Part shown: one piece after another, positions 49,336 to 58,587 of the stretch
How the letters are laid out: each line of letters begins with the position of its first letter
Numbering within the stretch: the stretch's first letter is position 1
Source of the DNA: Bacteroidales bacterium
GTDB lineage: Bacteria; Bacteroidota; Bacteroidia; Bacteroidales; VadinHA17
NCBI GenBank assembly: GCA_016928075.1
Contig: JAFGLJ010000038.1
Coordinates: 51,302 to 115,301 of the forward strand
Direction of reading: 5' to 3'
DNA: 64,000 bases
Position numbers and translations under genes: made by a program
Notes under the pieces: model-generated
The model's input: only the letters and a program-made list of their open reading frames with translations
The model's database searches: none
Told to the model about the DNA's origin: nothing

Positions 49336-51471
49336 AGTTAGCTCCAGGCAGTCGATACCTGCCATATTGCCGGGTGCAGCTCTTGGATCAGAGCCATGAA
49401 TCATTACCTCAAGAATGTTTTCTCCTTCAAGCAGCATATGCCTCCCCAGAGATATGTCTACAACTTCTTCACCGTCAGTGTATCCATTAAAGAATCCGCC
49501 TGCAGGGTTAGCGTTCAGTTTAAAACTGATGATTCCATAATCACGTGCCCTAGATAACCTGGCCGTAACATCATACATGCCTGTCTCCGGTATGGTAAAT
49601 CTCGCAAACAGCTTATCACCTGTCTCTCCATTTCTCCACCATAGCTGTCCTTTATTACTCCAGTCCCAGGCGGTTATATACTGTGTTTCGGCAGAGCCAT
49701 GCTCAACAGCCATTACTTCAAGGAACTCACCTTCAATGATACCGTTATCGTCCACTACAGGCTTTATTATATCAGATCTTTTTGTCGGGACCGGCCTGGC
49801 GACTGCCTCTTCATCGGGGATTATATTTATTTCTGTACCGGGGAATATATAATAGTAACCTGTCAGGGCATAATTAATCACTGTTGGTGCCCAGTGCCAC
49901 AATTCGATGTTAGAGCTTATTTTTTCCATAAAAGGTATGGCATCGAGTATCCTGAAGCGCATGTTAACCGTCATGCCGGGATTAAAATTGCCCGCGCCTG
50001 TTGGCTGAGCAATAAAAGGATGGCTGAATTTCTCGGGACGGCACCATGCATAGCCGTAGTAATCTTCAGTTCCCGTGCCAATGCACGATGGGAATGGTTC
50101 ATTATCCACAAAAATCTTTTCATCTCCTTCTCCCCACCAGGCATCAGCTGTGTTATATACAGTAACGGCATCTCCGGCATACACACCCTTACCCGTAATG
50201 TCAATATAATTGATGTCAAAATGCTCTCCCGTGCCGCCGGAATTTTCAGCCCCGGCTGTTTTGATATTATGATACTCATGCCATGATGTGCCGAAATACA
50301 TACTATTCCTGTGCCATCTATAGGGTTCCAAGAATATTTCCGTATTTACATTCACTGTCTGTTCCCCGAAATTATGTACCCGGAAATCAGCTGATTCCCT
50401 GAAAGGCATTATCCACACGGACTGCATCATTCCTTCATCGTTCACAGTGGTATACCATGTATCGGAGGGGTATAATTCAAACCCTGTACCGAAGAAATCT
50501 CCGGCAGGAACCCATACTGTCCTTGTCCCGTCAAATTCAATCCCAATGACTGTTGAGCGAAGTGCCTGCTTTATATCTTCAGCCTCAATTTTCATTTTTA
50601 CCATGACAATTGCCTGCCTGCCTTTGCCTGTTGAATAGTTAATTGAGCTATCCGGTAAAATATCACCTGACAGAAGAGCCGGTTCGGTGTCCATATCCGG
50701 GCTGCTGATAAGCTGCTGGTTTACTTTCTCTATTTTGCTTTCGGAGTCCCGGAGAAGATCCATACTCAGGGTTTCAACCTTAACATCTTTATCATAATCC
50801 CTGTAACATATATTATAATACACACTAGGTTTGCGCCTGTTTTCGCTTATAAGTATTGAATCGCATTCATAGGTTATCTTACAATGCTCAGAATAAGGGA
50901 TGGGCAAATACAGATTATGTCCCCTCCTGTAATAATCGGACTCCGGGGAGACGGATGAACTCAGAGGTTCTCCAGCCAGCAGCTGTCCGCTCAGTACTTT
51001 CAGGATGTTATCCTCAACAGCAGGCTCTTCATTGTTGTCAAAGTAAATTCTTACTGTGCCTTCATGACTTCCTGCGCCGGCAAAAGTCATCCACCACCTT
51101 ACTATCACTCCCGGTCCTTCATGATCGAAGAGCACAAATTCCCTTCTGCCGTTATTTTCTTCTTCACGGATAAACTGTGTGTAGTCGGCATTGGCAAACC
51201 AGCCTTCTTTGCCCGGTTCCGCCGATCTGCGGTCGTAGCTGCTGAATTGCTCCAGCTGGTAAGGGGGATCAGGGTATTCGGTAATTGAATACCTGTCGGT
51301 CATTTCGGATAATAAGGAGTCAAGGGTGATGACTTTATTCTTGGAGCAGGAAGACAAAGAAAAGGCTAAGGCTAAGGCTAAGGCCCCGCCTGCGCTGCTA
51401 CGCAGCTTCGGCGGATATAGTAAGGCCCTGGAAATAATAGATAGTGGAGTGTTGATTCTGAATAGTTTCAT
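49327..51471 (-). CDS. DUF2961 (GH172-like) domain lipoprotein
   Basis: SSYDR; GPG.I.R.W; WWGEGDEKI.VD; GTGTEDYYG; lipobox LSSC. Confidence 0.88.
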   Translation of the reverse strand: MKLFRINTPLSIISRALLYPPKLRSSAGGALALALAFSLSSCSKNKVITLDSLLSEMTDRYSITEYPDPPYQLEQFSSYDRRSAEPGKEGWFANADYTQFIREEENNGRREFVLFDHEGPGVIVRWWMTFAGAGSHEGTVRIYFDNNEEPAVEDNILKVLSGQLLAGEPLSSSVSPESDYYRRGHNLYLPIPYSEHCKITYECDSILISENRRKPSVYYNICYRDYDKDVKVETLSMDLLRDSESKIEKVNQQLISSPDMDTEPALLSGDILPDSSINYSTGKGRQAIVMVKMKIEAEDIKQALRSTVIGIEFDGTRTVWVPAGDFFGTGFELYPSDTWYTTVNDEGMMQSVWIMPFRESADFRVHNFGEQTVNVNTEIFLEPYRWHRNSMYFGTSWHEYHNIKTAGAENSGGTGEHFDINYIDITGKGVYAGDAVTVYNTADAWWGEGDEKIFVDNEPFPSCIGTGTEDYYGYAWCRPEKFSHPFIAQPTGAGNFNPGMTVNMRFRILDAIPFMEKISSNIELWHWAPTVINYALTGYYYIFPGTEINIIPDEEAVARPVPTKRSDIIKPVVDDNGIIEGEFLEVMAVEHGSAETQYITAWDWSNKGQLWWRNGETGDKLFARFTIPETGMYDVTARLSRARDYGIISFKLNANPAGGFFNGYTDGEEVVDISLGRHMLLEGENILEVMIHGSDPRAAPGNMAGIDCLELTKL

Positions 51472-51794
51472 GGTTTCGGGGTTTTAGATTTATATCAAAA
51501 TTAAGAAAATATAAACAAAGAGAAGATGCGAAATTCGAGAGAGAAGATAGCAGTCTTCAGTCGTCAGTCGGTCCTGAATCTTCGATTCGAGGGTTCTCGA
51601 AAAAGCTCAGCTTTTCCGGGACCTTCCTTACTCTTAGCCTTACTCCGTCCGCCGAAGATGGGTGTGGGTCAGAGACCCACATCATCGGTGAAGTAAGTAT
51701 TTATACTGCATATAAAATAAGTTTAAATATTGTTTTTGATGACATCCTACAAATTTAAATTTGAATGGGGTAATATTATCATTTACATATATCT

Positions 51795-52583
51795 ATGGAA
51801 AAGGAGAGCCTGTTTAACCTTCTGAAGCAGGATGTCCGGTTTGAAGAAGGATTCAATTCCTGCATGAACTGCGGTGTTTGCACTGCAATCTGCCCTGCAG
51901 CCGAGTTCTACAATTATGATCCCAGGAAGATAGTTGACATGGTTCAAACGCGTGATAACTATACCATACTTGGATTGCTCAAGAGTGAAACCATCTGGTA
52001 TTGTGGTCAATGCATGTCATGCAAGACAAGGTGTCCAAGGGGCAACACACCCGGTTCAATCATTATGGTACTCAGGCTTGTATCACAGAGGCTGGGTTAT
52101 TTTGTTGAATCAGAAAAAGGAAGGCAACAATTTGCAGTTAAAAGGACGGCGGGTGATAATATATTGAAACATGGTTATTGTGTCCCTGCTTATGCCGTTG
52201 ATCCTGATAAACATCCTGAACAGGGTCCTGTCTGGGAACATATATACAATAATCTGGAACATATGATCGCTCGTGCAGGTGGTGAGTTAAACGGGAAGGA
52301 GGGCCCTTTGAGAAGATTCAGCCCTGAAGTGATGCAGGAGTTAAAGAACATTTTCAAGGTTACGGGCGGCCAGGATCTTTTTGATAAAATTGAAGAATAC
52401 TCAAAGAAGAAAGCAGCTGAAATGGGATTTGAATTTAAGCCGGACGGAACTGATTGCGAGTATTTTGATTATGTATTTACATATGACAGCGGATGTCATT
52501 TTTGTGATAGTATAATGGAGGAAGAATATGAAACAGGAGGGCAAGAAAAGAATATGGAAGGAATTTCAGAAGGAAATACCTGA
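51795..52583 (+). CDS. hdrC: Heterodisulfide reductase subunit C-like 2x[4Fe-4S] protein
   Basis: CMNCGVCTAICP and CGQCMSCKTRCP. Confidence 0.88.
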   Translation: MEKESLFNLLKQDVRFEEGFNSCMNCGVCTAICPAAEFYNYDPRKIVDMVQTRDNYTILGLLKSETIWYCGQCMSCKTRCPRGNTPGSIIMVLRLVSQRLGYFVESEKGRQQFAVKRTAGDNILKHGYCVPAYAVDPDKHPEQGPVWEHIYNNLEHMIARAGGELNGKEGPLRRFSPEVMQELKNIFKVTGGQDLFDKIEEYSKKKAAEMGFEFKPDGTDCEYFDYVFTYDSGCHFCDSIMEEEYETGGQEKNMEGISEGNT

Positions 52584-53589
52584 TGATCATTTCTTCTTTG
52601 TCAGATCATGTATAAGGCAAAGTTTTTTCCCGGGATCCGAACAGTTCCTCATTAAGCTTTTAAGGGAAGAACTCGGTAAAGACATATACGAAGATCCACG
52701 CCATACTACTTGTACAGGTATAGGTTATCACAGTGATGTGGTGCCTTTTGAGACAATTCAGACAGTAGTAGCCAGGCACTTTGCATTGGCGACAGAACGT
52801 GGTTATAAGGACATACTGATATCCTGCGTAACCTCTTTCGGTATTTATGAAGAGATAGTTGAAACATGGAAACATTTTCCTGAGACACTGGAAAAGACCA
52901 GGGAATACCTCTATAAGGCCACAAAGAGGGAATTTGAAGTTCCACGCACCATTTTACATACCAGTGATGCGGTATATAAATTCAAGGATGAGATAGCATC
53001 CAGGATGAAATATCCTCTTATTGATCATAGAACCGGTGAACCACTTAAAGCGGTTGAGCACATAGGCTGCCATTATTCAAAAATGTTTCCCAAGTACGGG
53101 GTAGGAGGTGCAGAATTTCCTCATACACTGGTTGGCATGATTGAGTCCTGGGGAGGTGAAGTAATAGATTATCCTGAAAGGAGGCATTGTTGCGGATTCG
53201 GATTCCGCCAGTACCTGATTCAGGCTGACAGGGGTTATTCAATGTCCAATTCCAAAAAGAAATTTGAATCGATGGAACCTTATAAGCCTGAGTTTGTACT
53301 GGCTAACTGTCCGGGCTGTACAATGTTTATGGATAAATGGCAATATACCATCAAGGAACAGGAGGGGAAAACCTATGGTGTTAATGGACAGGGGATACCT
53401 GTATTAACATACGAAGAGCTGGCCGGCCTGGTAATGGGATATGATCCCTGGGACCTTGGAGTGCAATACCATATGGTGCAGTCAGAACCCCTCATGGACA
53501 AGATGGGCATACCATACGATAAAGACAAAAAGTATATTGCCAAGGATGGCAGCAAACTTGAAGCCCCAAAAAACCTGATAAATGCCTGA
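52528..53589 (+). CDS. hdrB: Heterodisulfide reductase subunit B-like CCG-domain protein
   Basis: SC..TCTG..CVTS; HIGCHY..CCGFG..CPGC. Confidence 0.88.
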   Translation: MKQEGKKRIWKEFQKEIPDDHFFFVRSCIRQSFFPGSEQFLIKLLREELGKDIYEDPRHTTCTGIGYHSDVVPFETIQTVVARHFALATERGYKDILISCVTSFGIYEEIVETWKHFPETLEKTREYLYKATKREFEVPRTILHTSDAVYKFKDEIASRMKYPLIDHRTGEPLKAVEHIGCHYSKMFPKYGVGGAEFPHTLVGMIESWGGEVIDYPERRHCCGFGFRQYLIQADRGYSMSNSKKKFESMEPYKPEFVLANCPGCTMFMDKWQYTIKEQEGKTYGVNGQGIPVLTYEELAGLVMGYDPWDLGVQYHMVQSEPLMDKMGIPYDKDKKYIAKDGSKLEAPKNLINA

Positions 53590-54634
53590 AAAGCAGGATG
53601 AACATATAGTTATCGTTGGTGCAGGTACCGCAGGATGCACTGCAGCGGGTCAGCTTGCGAGGGAAGGTTACAGGATAAGCCTTATAGAGAAAGAAAGCAA
53701 ACCGGGAGGAAAGGTAAACAACTGGTACCAGCTGTTCCCTGACAGGAGAAAAAGTGAGGAAGTACTGAAATATCTGCTGGGCGAAATTGATAATCCTCTT
53801 ATAAATATTAGCTTAAATACTGATATTGATAGTATTATTAAGGAGAAAAAGAAATTCCTGGTCACAACCACACATGGAGAACTGCTTCCCGCTGATGCTA
53901 TTTTGTTGGCTACCGGTTTTGATCTCTTCAACCCGGAGCGCAAGGAAGAATATGGGTACGGTATTTATGATGATGTAATTACCTCCGTTGAGCTGGAAGA
54001 TAAATTCCATTCCGGCGCTATTCTTACCTCAAAGGGTGTCCCTCCCAAAAGGGTTGGCATCGTTCATTGTGTGGGTTCCAGAGATGAAAAGGTTGGCAAC
54101 TTTCATTGCTCAAAGGTGTGCTGCGTTACGGCTGTAAAGCAGGCAATTGAGATTAGGGAGATGCTACCCGGAACCGAAGTGTTTTGTTTCTATATGGACA
54201 TGAGGATGTTCGGTCCTTATTATGAAGAACTTTACAGGGAGGCTCAGGAAAAATGGGGAGTTAATTTTATCAGGGGAAAGGTTTCGGAAGCAAGTGAAAA
54301 TATAGAAGGCAGATTGCTTATAAAGGTTGAGGATACCCTTGCCGGGAGGCCTCTTAAGATGCAGGTTGATTTACTGGTTCTTATGATAGGCATAGAGAAT
54401 TCATTATCCGGCAAAAGAATAGCGGAAGACCTTGATTTGAAAATAGGAATAAACGGATTTTTCAGCGTGCTTGATAATCATTATGGTAATAACCTGAGCA
54501 ATATGGAGGGTGTTTTTTTTGCAGGTACCTGCACGGCTGCCATGAATATTACCGATACTATTTCTCATGCCAGGGCTGCAGTGGTAGAAATCGACAGTTA
54601 TCTGAAATCACAAAAGAAAGAGGTTGAAGTATGA
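53582..54634 (+). CDS. hdrA: Short HdrA-like FAD-dependent oxidoreductase
   Basis: GAGTAG; EYGYG..DVIT; CVGSRD; CSKVCC; YMDMR; 350 aa with no ferredoxin inserts. Confidence 0.88.
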   Translation: MPEKQDEHIVIVGAGTAGCTAAGQLAREGYRISLIEKESKPGGKVNNWYQLFPDRRKSEEVLKYLLGEIDNPLINISLNTDIDSIIKEKKKFLVTTTHGELLPADAILLATGFDLFNPERKEEYGYGIYDDVITSVELEDKFHSGAILTSKGVPPKRVGIVHCVGSRDEKVGNFHCSKVCCVTAVKQAIEIREMLPGTEVFCFYMDMRMFGPYYEELYREAQEKWGVNFIRGKVSEASENIEGRLLIKVEDTLAGRPLKMQVDLLVLMIGIENSLSGKRIAEDLDLKIGINGFFSVLDNHYGNNLSNMEGVFFAGTCTAAMNITDTISHARAAVVEIDSYLKSQKKEVEV

Positions 54635-54975
54635 AAAATTTTGGTTTTTCGTCAATTAAGCCGAGGGTTATTGATTATGATAAAAATAACAGGACTGTTC
54701 TGGATTATATCATGGAGCATGAGCCATCATTTGCACTATGTATAGGCTGCGGAGGATGTGCTGCTACCTGCTCAGCCGCCCGGTTCACTGATATGAGCCT
54801 GAGAAAAATAAATATACTTCTCAAAAGGGGTGAGAACGACGAGGTCAGAAGGTTAATTAACAAATGTATGCTATGCGGTAAATGCACCCTGGTATGCCCG
54901 CGGGGAGTAAATACCAGGAATGTTATTTTCCTTACACAACAGGCTTTTAAAAAACTTGATAATTATGCAGTTTGA
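54631..54975 (+). CDS. Small HdrC-like 2x[4Fe-4S] protein
   Basis: CIGCGGCAATC and CMLCGKCTLVCP. Confidence 0.85.
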   Translation: MKNFGFSSIKPRVIDYDKNNRTVLDYIMEHEPSFALCIGCGGCAATCSAARFTDMSLRKINILLKRGENDEVRRLINKCMLCGKCTLVCPRGVNTRNVIFLTQQAFKKLDNYAV

Positions 54976-56884
54976 TCCGTTTGTCATACCATTCAATATA
55001 GGTCTCTACTTTATCATATTATACTGTGTTGCCACATGTATCGTATGGTTCAGGGACCTGTCGCGGACAGATAAACTGAGGTTGCAGAGGGGATTCTTCG
55101 GAAGACCTTTCGTCTGGAGCATAAGGGAAATATTTATGGAAAGCCTGATTCACAGGAAGATAATCAGGATAAATCCCGTACTCGGCTATATGCATATGAG
55201 CCTGGCTTTTGGCTGGTTTTTGTTAATAGTGCTCGGTACGATTGAAGCCGATATATTTGGAGACAGCCATCTTAACCCTCCTTATAAGGCCATATTTTTC
55301 AGGTTTTTCAATCCAGACCATGGAGCGGAAGGGTTCGCAAGGGCATATTCATTCATAATGGACCTTATCCTTGCATTTATCCTCTCAGGATTGATGATAG
55401 CCATAATAAAAAGGTTCTGGTCGCGTATTGTGGGAATGAAAAAAACAACAAGGCTGAAGACACTGGATAAAATTGCCCTTACTTCACTCTGGCTCATTTT
55501 TCCCAGCAGGTTACTGGCCGAAAGTTTAACCTGCGGAGCTGCCGGATCGGGCAGTTTTCTTACGGGATCACTGGGTTCTTTCTTTGCTGGTTTTTTGCCG
55601 GCATCCCAGATGGCATACCCTTTCTGGTGGTTATATTCAGTCTCACTTGCAGTATTTTTTATCCTGTTGCCGCGCACCAGGTACATGCATATACCTTCAG
55701 AATTGTTCCTTATATTCCTGAGGAATTCAGGGGTCAGGACAGGTGACCAGCATGGTTCATATACCGAAGCCCAGGTCTATAGCTGCTCATCGTGCGGAAT
55801 ATGCATCGATAAGTGCCAGCTCAGCAGCTCGGCCGGAATAAATAATATACAATCGGCATATTTTGTCAAAGGGCTTAAAAGGAATGATGACGTTTATGAT
55901 ATATCATTGAATTGCCTTATGTGTGGCAGGTGTGAAACAGCATGCCCTGTAGGTATAGAGCTTGGTGCCCTCAGGATGATACAGCGAAGGGCCGGTAAAG
56001 CACCTGAAGACATGAAGATGATCTGGACGGGATATATGAGGGAAAGAAACCAGCAGATAAGTGACAAAGCAAATAATTACATAAAAGCTTATAAATACCT
56101 GACATCTGAAATAATTGATACATCCCCGGATGTATTATATTTTGCAGGTTGTATGACCCATCTCATCCCCGGCATAGCTTCGTCGATGGAAAAAATATTT
56201 GAAACTGCAGGGGTGAATTACCGGTTTATGGATAAAGACGGTTCTGTATGTTGTGGCAGACCGCTTATGCTGGCAGGTAAAGACAGGGAGGCCAGGGAAC
56301 TTATTCAACATAATACATCCACTATCTGGAGTTCGGGGGCAAAAATGCTGGTAACATCCTGTCCTATTTGTCTCAGGGTATTTAATGAAAGTTATCACCT
56401 GGATGTAGAAGTACTTCATCATACCCAGTTTATCAGCAGGATGATCGGTGAAGAGAGACTGGATCTTAAGTTTCTTAATCAGACCGTTGTATATCATGAC
56501 CCGTGTGAACTTGGAAGGGGATCAGGTATCTATGATGAGCCCCGGAAAGTATTATACCATATTGCAAAATATCAAAAAACAGCATTTGAAAGGGAGAACG
56601 CACCATGTTGCGGTGGCAGCCTGGGGAATATCCGGCTTGACAGCCGAAAAAAAACAATAATAGCCTCAGATGCATTGGATGACCTTACGAGCTCTTCCCC
56701 CGATTATCTCATTACTTCATGTCCCCTGTGTAAGAAAACATACGGCAAAGTAAGAAAGCCTGATACACCAGAAATTCTGGATATTGCCGAAATAGTGGTC
56801 AGGGCAATTTCTGATTCCAGCCGGCCTGAAAAGCTCAACAATAAAAAGCACCAAGAAGAAGTTATATACCTGGAAACAAAATAA
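54965..56884 (+). CDS. Membrane-bound Fe-S oxidoreductase (TM domain, ferredoxin, 2 CCG; HdrDE/HdrF-like)
   Basis: About 5 TM with His (YMHM, YMHI); CSSCGICIDKC; CLMCGRCETACP; CCG..CP.C twice; ATG at 54965. Confidence 0.87.
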   Translation: MQFDPFVIPFNIGLYFIILYCVATCIVWFRDLSRTDKLRLQRGFFGRPFVWSIREIFMESLIHRKIIRINPVLGYMHMSLAFGWFLLIVLGTIEADIFGDSHLNPPYKAIFFRFFNPDHGAEGFARAYSFIMDLILAFILSGLMIAIIKRFWSRIVGMKKTTRLKTLDKIALTSLWLIFPSRLLAESLTCGAAGSGSFLTGSLGSFFAGFLPASQMAYPFWWLYSVSLAVFFILLPRTRYMHIPSELFLIFLRNSGVRTGDQHGSYTEAQVYSCSSCGICIDKCQLSSSAGINNIQSAYFVKGLKRNDDVYDISLNCLMCGRCETACPVGIELGALRMIQRRAGKAPEDMKMIWTGYMRERNQQISDKANNYIKAYKYLTSEIIDTSPDVLYFAGCMTHLIPGIASSMEKIFETAGVNYRFMDKDGSVCCGRPLMLAGKDREARELIQHNTSTIWSSGAKMLVTSCPICLRVFNESYHLDVEVLHHTQFISRMIGEERLDLKFLNQTVVYHDPCELGRGSGIYDEPRKVLYHIAKYQKTAFERENAPCCGGSLGNIRLDSRKKTIIASDALDDLTSSSPDYLITSCPLCKKTYGKVRKPDTPEILDIAEIVVRAISDSSRPEKLNNKKHQEEVIYLETK

Positions 56885-57220
56885 TTTTTTTGTGAATCAG
56901 TGATATCAAAATTCTTCGGTTTATATTTGCGGCTGGTATGATTTTTGATATTTATGATATGCATAAATCAGAAGTGTTTTTTGAATTAGAGTCTGAAGGG
57001 GACAAATAAAATACCGTTTGTGTAATTTTTTACGAGGTTTGTCAAAAAGATTCTTATAATATACAATAAAATAACGTTGTATTACGTAGAAGAATAATGG
57101 GAATAAGTTCTATTGATTTAAATAGTCCAACTTTATGTATATGATAAACGTCGTATATTATATGCGGTAAATTATTCCTCTTTTGATAAGTTAAAGGCTG
57201 AATTATTTATTTTAATTACC

Positions 57221-57766
57221 ATGAGAATAATGAAAGAATTTTTTGTAATTGTGTTGATTCTTGTTTTTGCAAGTAGCTGTGGAAATCGTAATAATGATAG
57301 CAACATTGACCAGTCAACATCATTTATAACACAACAGGAAGACGGTACGGTAGTTCTTGACCTTGAAAAGGCATATCTATTGGAGGACAGCCTTCATCCC
57401 GATATGAATACGGCAGAATGGTCGGTCAGGATAAAATCAAAGGGCAGATATGAATTATGGCTAACCAGTTATACTAAAGACACGATGGATCTGCAATATG
57501 AAGGACCTGTTTATATCAATTTCCAGGATAAGAGGATCAAGGCAGAAACTATAATAGGGAATGAGATAGTATTAGACACACCGGGCCTGGGTGACATGTA
57601 TTTCAGGGCTGATTCAAAGCTGGGCTCAATTTATGTTGAAAATCCCGGTGACTATAATATACAGCTTGTAGGTTCCAAGGTAAGACCTTTTGAGACTACT
57701 GCCCTAAGCAATAGTACAAGGCACACAGAACTCAGGAGCCTGATACTAAAACCAATCACCGAATGA
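57221..57766 (+). CDS. Hypothetical lipoprotein
   Basis: Lipobox ASSC; beta-rich. Confidence 0.75.
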   Translation: MRIMKEFFVIVLILVFASSCGNRNNDSNIDQSTSFITQQEDGTVVLDLEKAYLLEDSLHPDMNTAEWSVRIKSKGRYELWLTSYTKDTMDLQYEGPVYINFQDKRIKAETIIGNEIVLDTPGLGDMYFRADSKLGSIYVENPGDYNIQLVGSKVRPFETTALSNSTRHTELRSLILKPITE

Positions 57767-58587
57767 CCCGCTTGCCCGGCAAATTCAATATTGATAAAAA
57801 AGCAATCATAATAACGGGGGGAGAAGGTGTCCTGGGAAGCACCCTCGCTTTTGAACTGGCATCCCTTGGTGCCAGGATTGTTATTATCGGCCTCAACGAG
57901 CAAAGAGGACAGGAAATAGTAAGTAAGATTTCCGGTAATAAAGGCAGTGCTGTATTTTATCACGCCAGTGTACTCGACAGGCAAGCCCTTAAAGAAATAA
58001 GAAAGTCAATAGTTACCGGGTGGGGTTCAATAGATGTCCTGATTAATGCGGCAGGAGGAAATATGAAAGGTGCCACAGTGGAAGAAGACGAGACTATTTT
58101 TGAGATGAATCCCGATGATTTCAGGAAGGTATATGAACTTAACCTTGAAGGTACGGTAATCCCTTCTCTGATATTTGGTGAACAGATGTCAGAACAGGGC
58201 AGAGGTGTCATTCTGAATTATTCATCAATGGCTTCCTTAAGGGCCATAAGCAGGATCGCCGGCTATTCGGCAGCCAAAGCCGCTGTTGACAATTTTACCA
58301 GGTGGATGGCGGTTGATATGGCCGCAAAATTCGGTGATGGGATCAGGGTAAATGCCATAGCACCCGGCTTTCTCGTGACAAATCAGAACCGTGACCTCCT
58401 TATCAATGAAGATGGTTCGCTGACGGACAGGGGAAAGAAGATTATCAATCAGACTCCCTTTGGACGTTTTGGAGAACCTGAAGAGCTCACCGGCACTGTT
58501 TTATGGCTAATCACCGACGCCTCAAGTTTTGTTACCGGAGCGGTAATACCTGTGGACGGAGGCTTTTCAGCCTACTCTGGGGTGTAA
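57763..58587 (+). CDS. SDR oxidoreductase, D-mannonate oxidoreductase (UxuB-like)
   Basis: TGGEGVLG; NAAGGN; YSAAK; QNR.LL...DG.LT.RG; DGGFSAYSGV. Confidence 0.88.
   Translation: MTRLPGKFNIDKKAIIITGGEGVLGSTLAFELASLGARIVIIGLNEQRGQEIVSKISGNKGSAVFYHASVLDRQALKEIRKSIVTGWGSIDVLINAAGGNMKGATVEEDETIFEMNPDDFRKVYELNLEGTVIPSLIFGEQMSEQGRGVILNYSSMASLRAISRIAGYSAAKAAVDNFTRWMAVDMAAKFGDGIRVNAIAPGFLVTNQNRDLLINEDGSLTDRGKKIINQTPFGRFGEPEELTGTVLWLITDASSFVTGAVIPVDGGFSAYSGV

Noticed and set aside
51795-56884. Methanogenesis, or proof of sulfur oxidation
   Set aside because: The context is bacterial and has no mcr/mvh, lbpA or sulfurtransferase genes in the window; the reaction direction cannot be inferred
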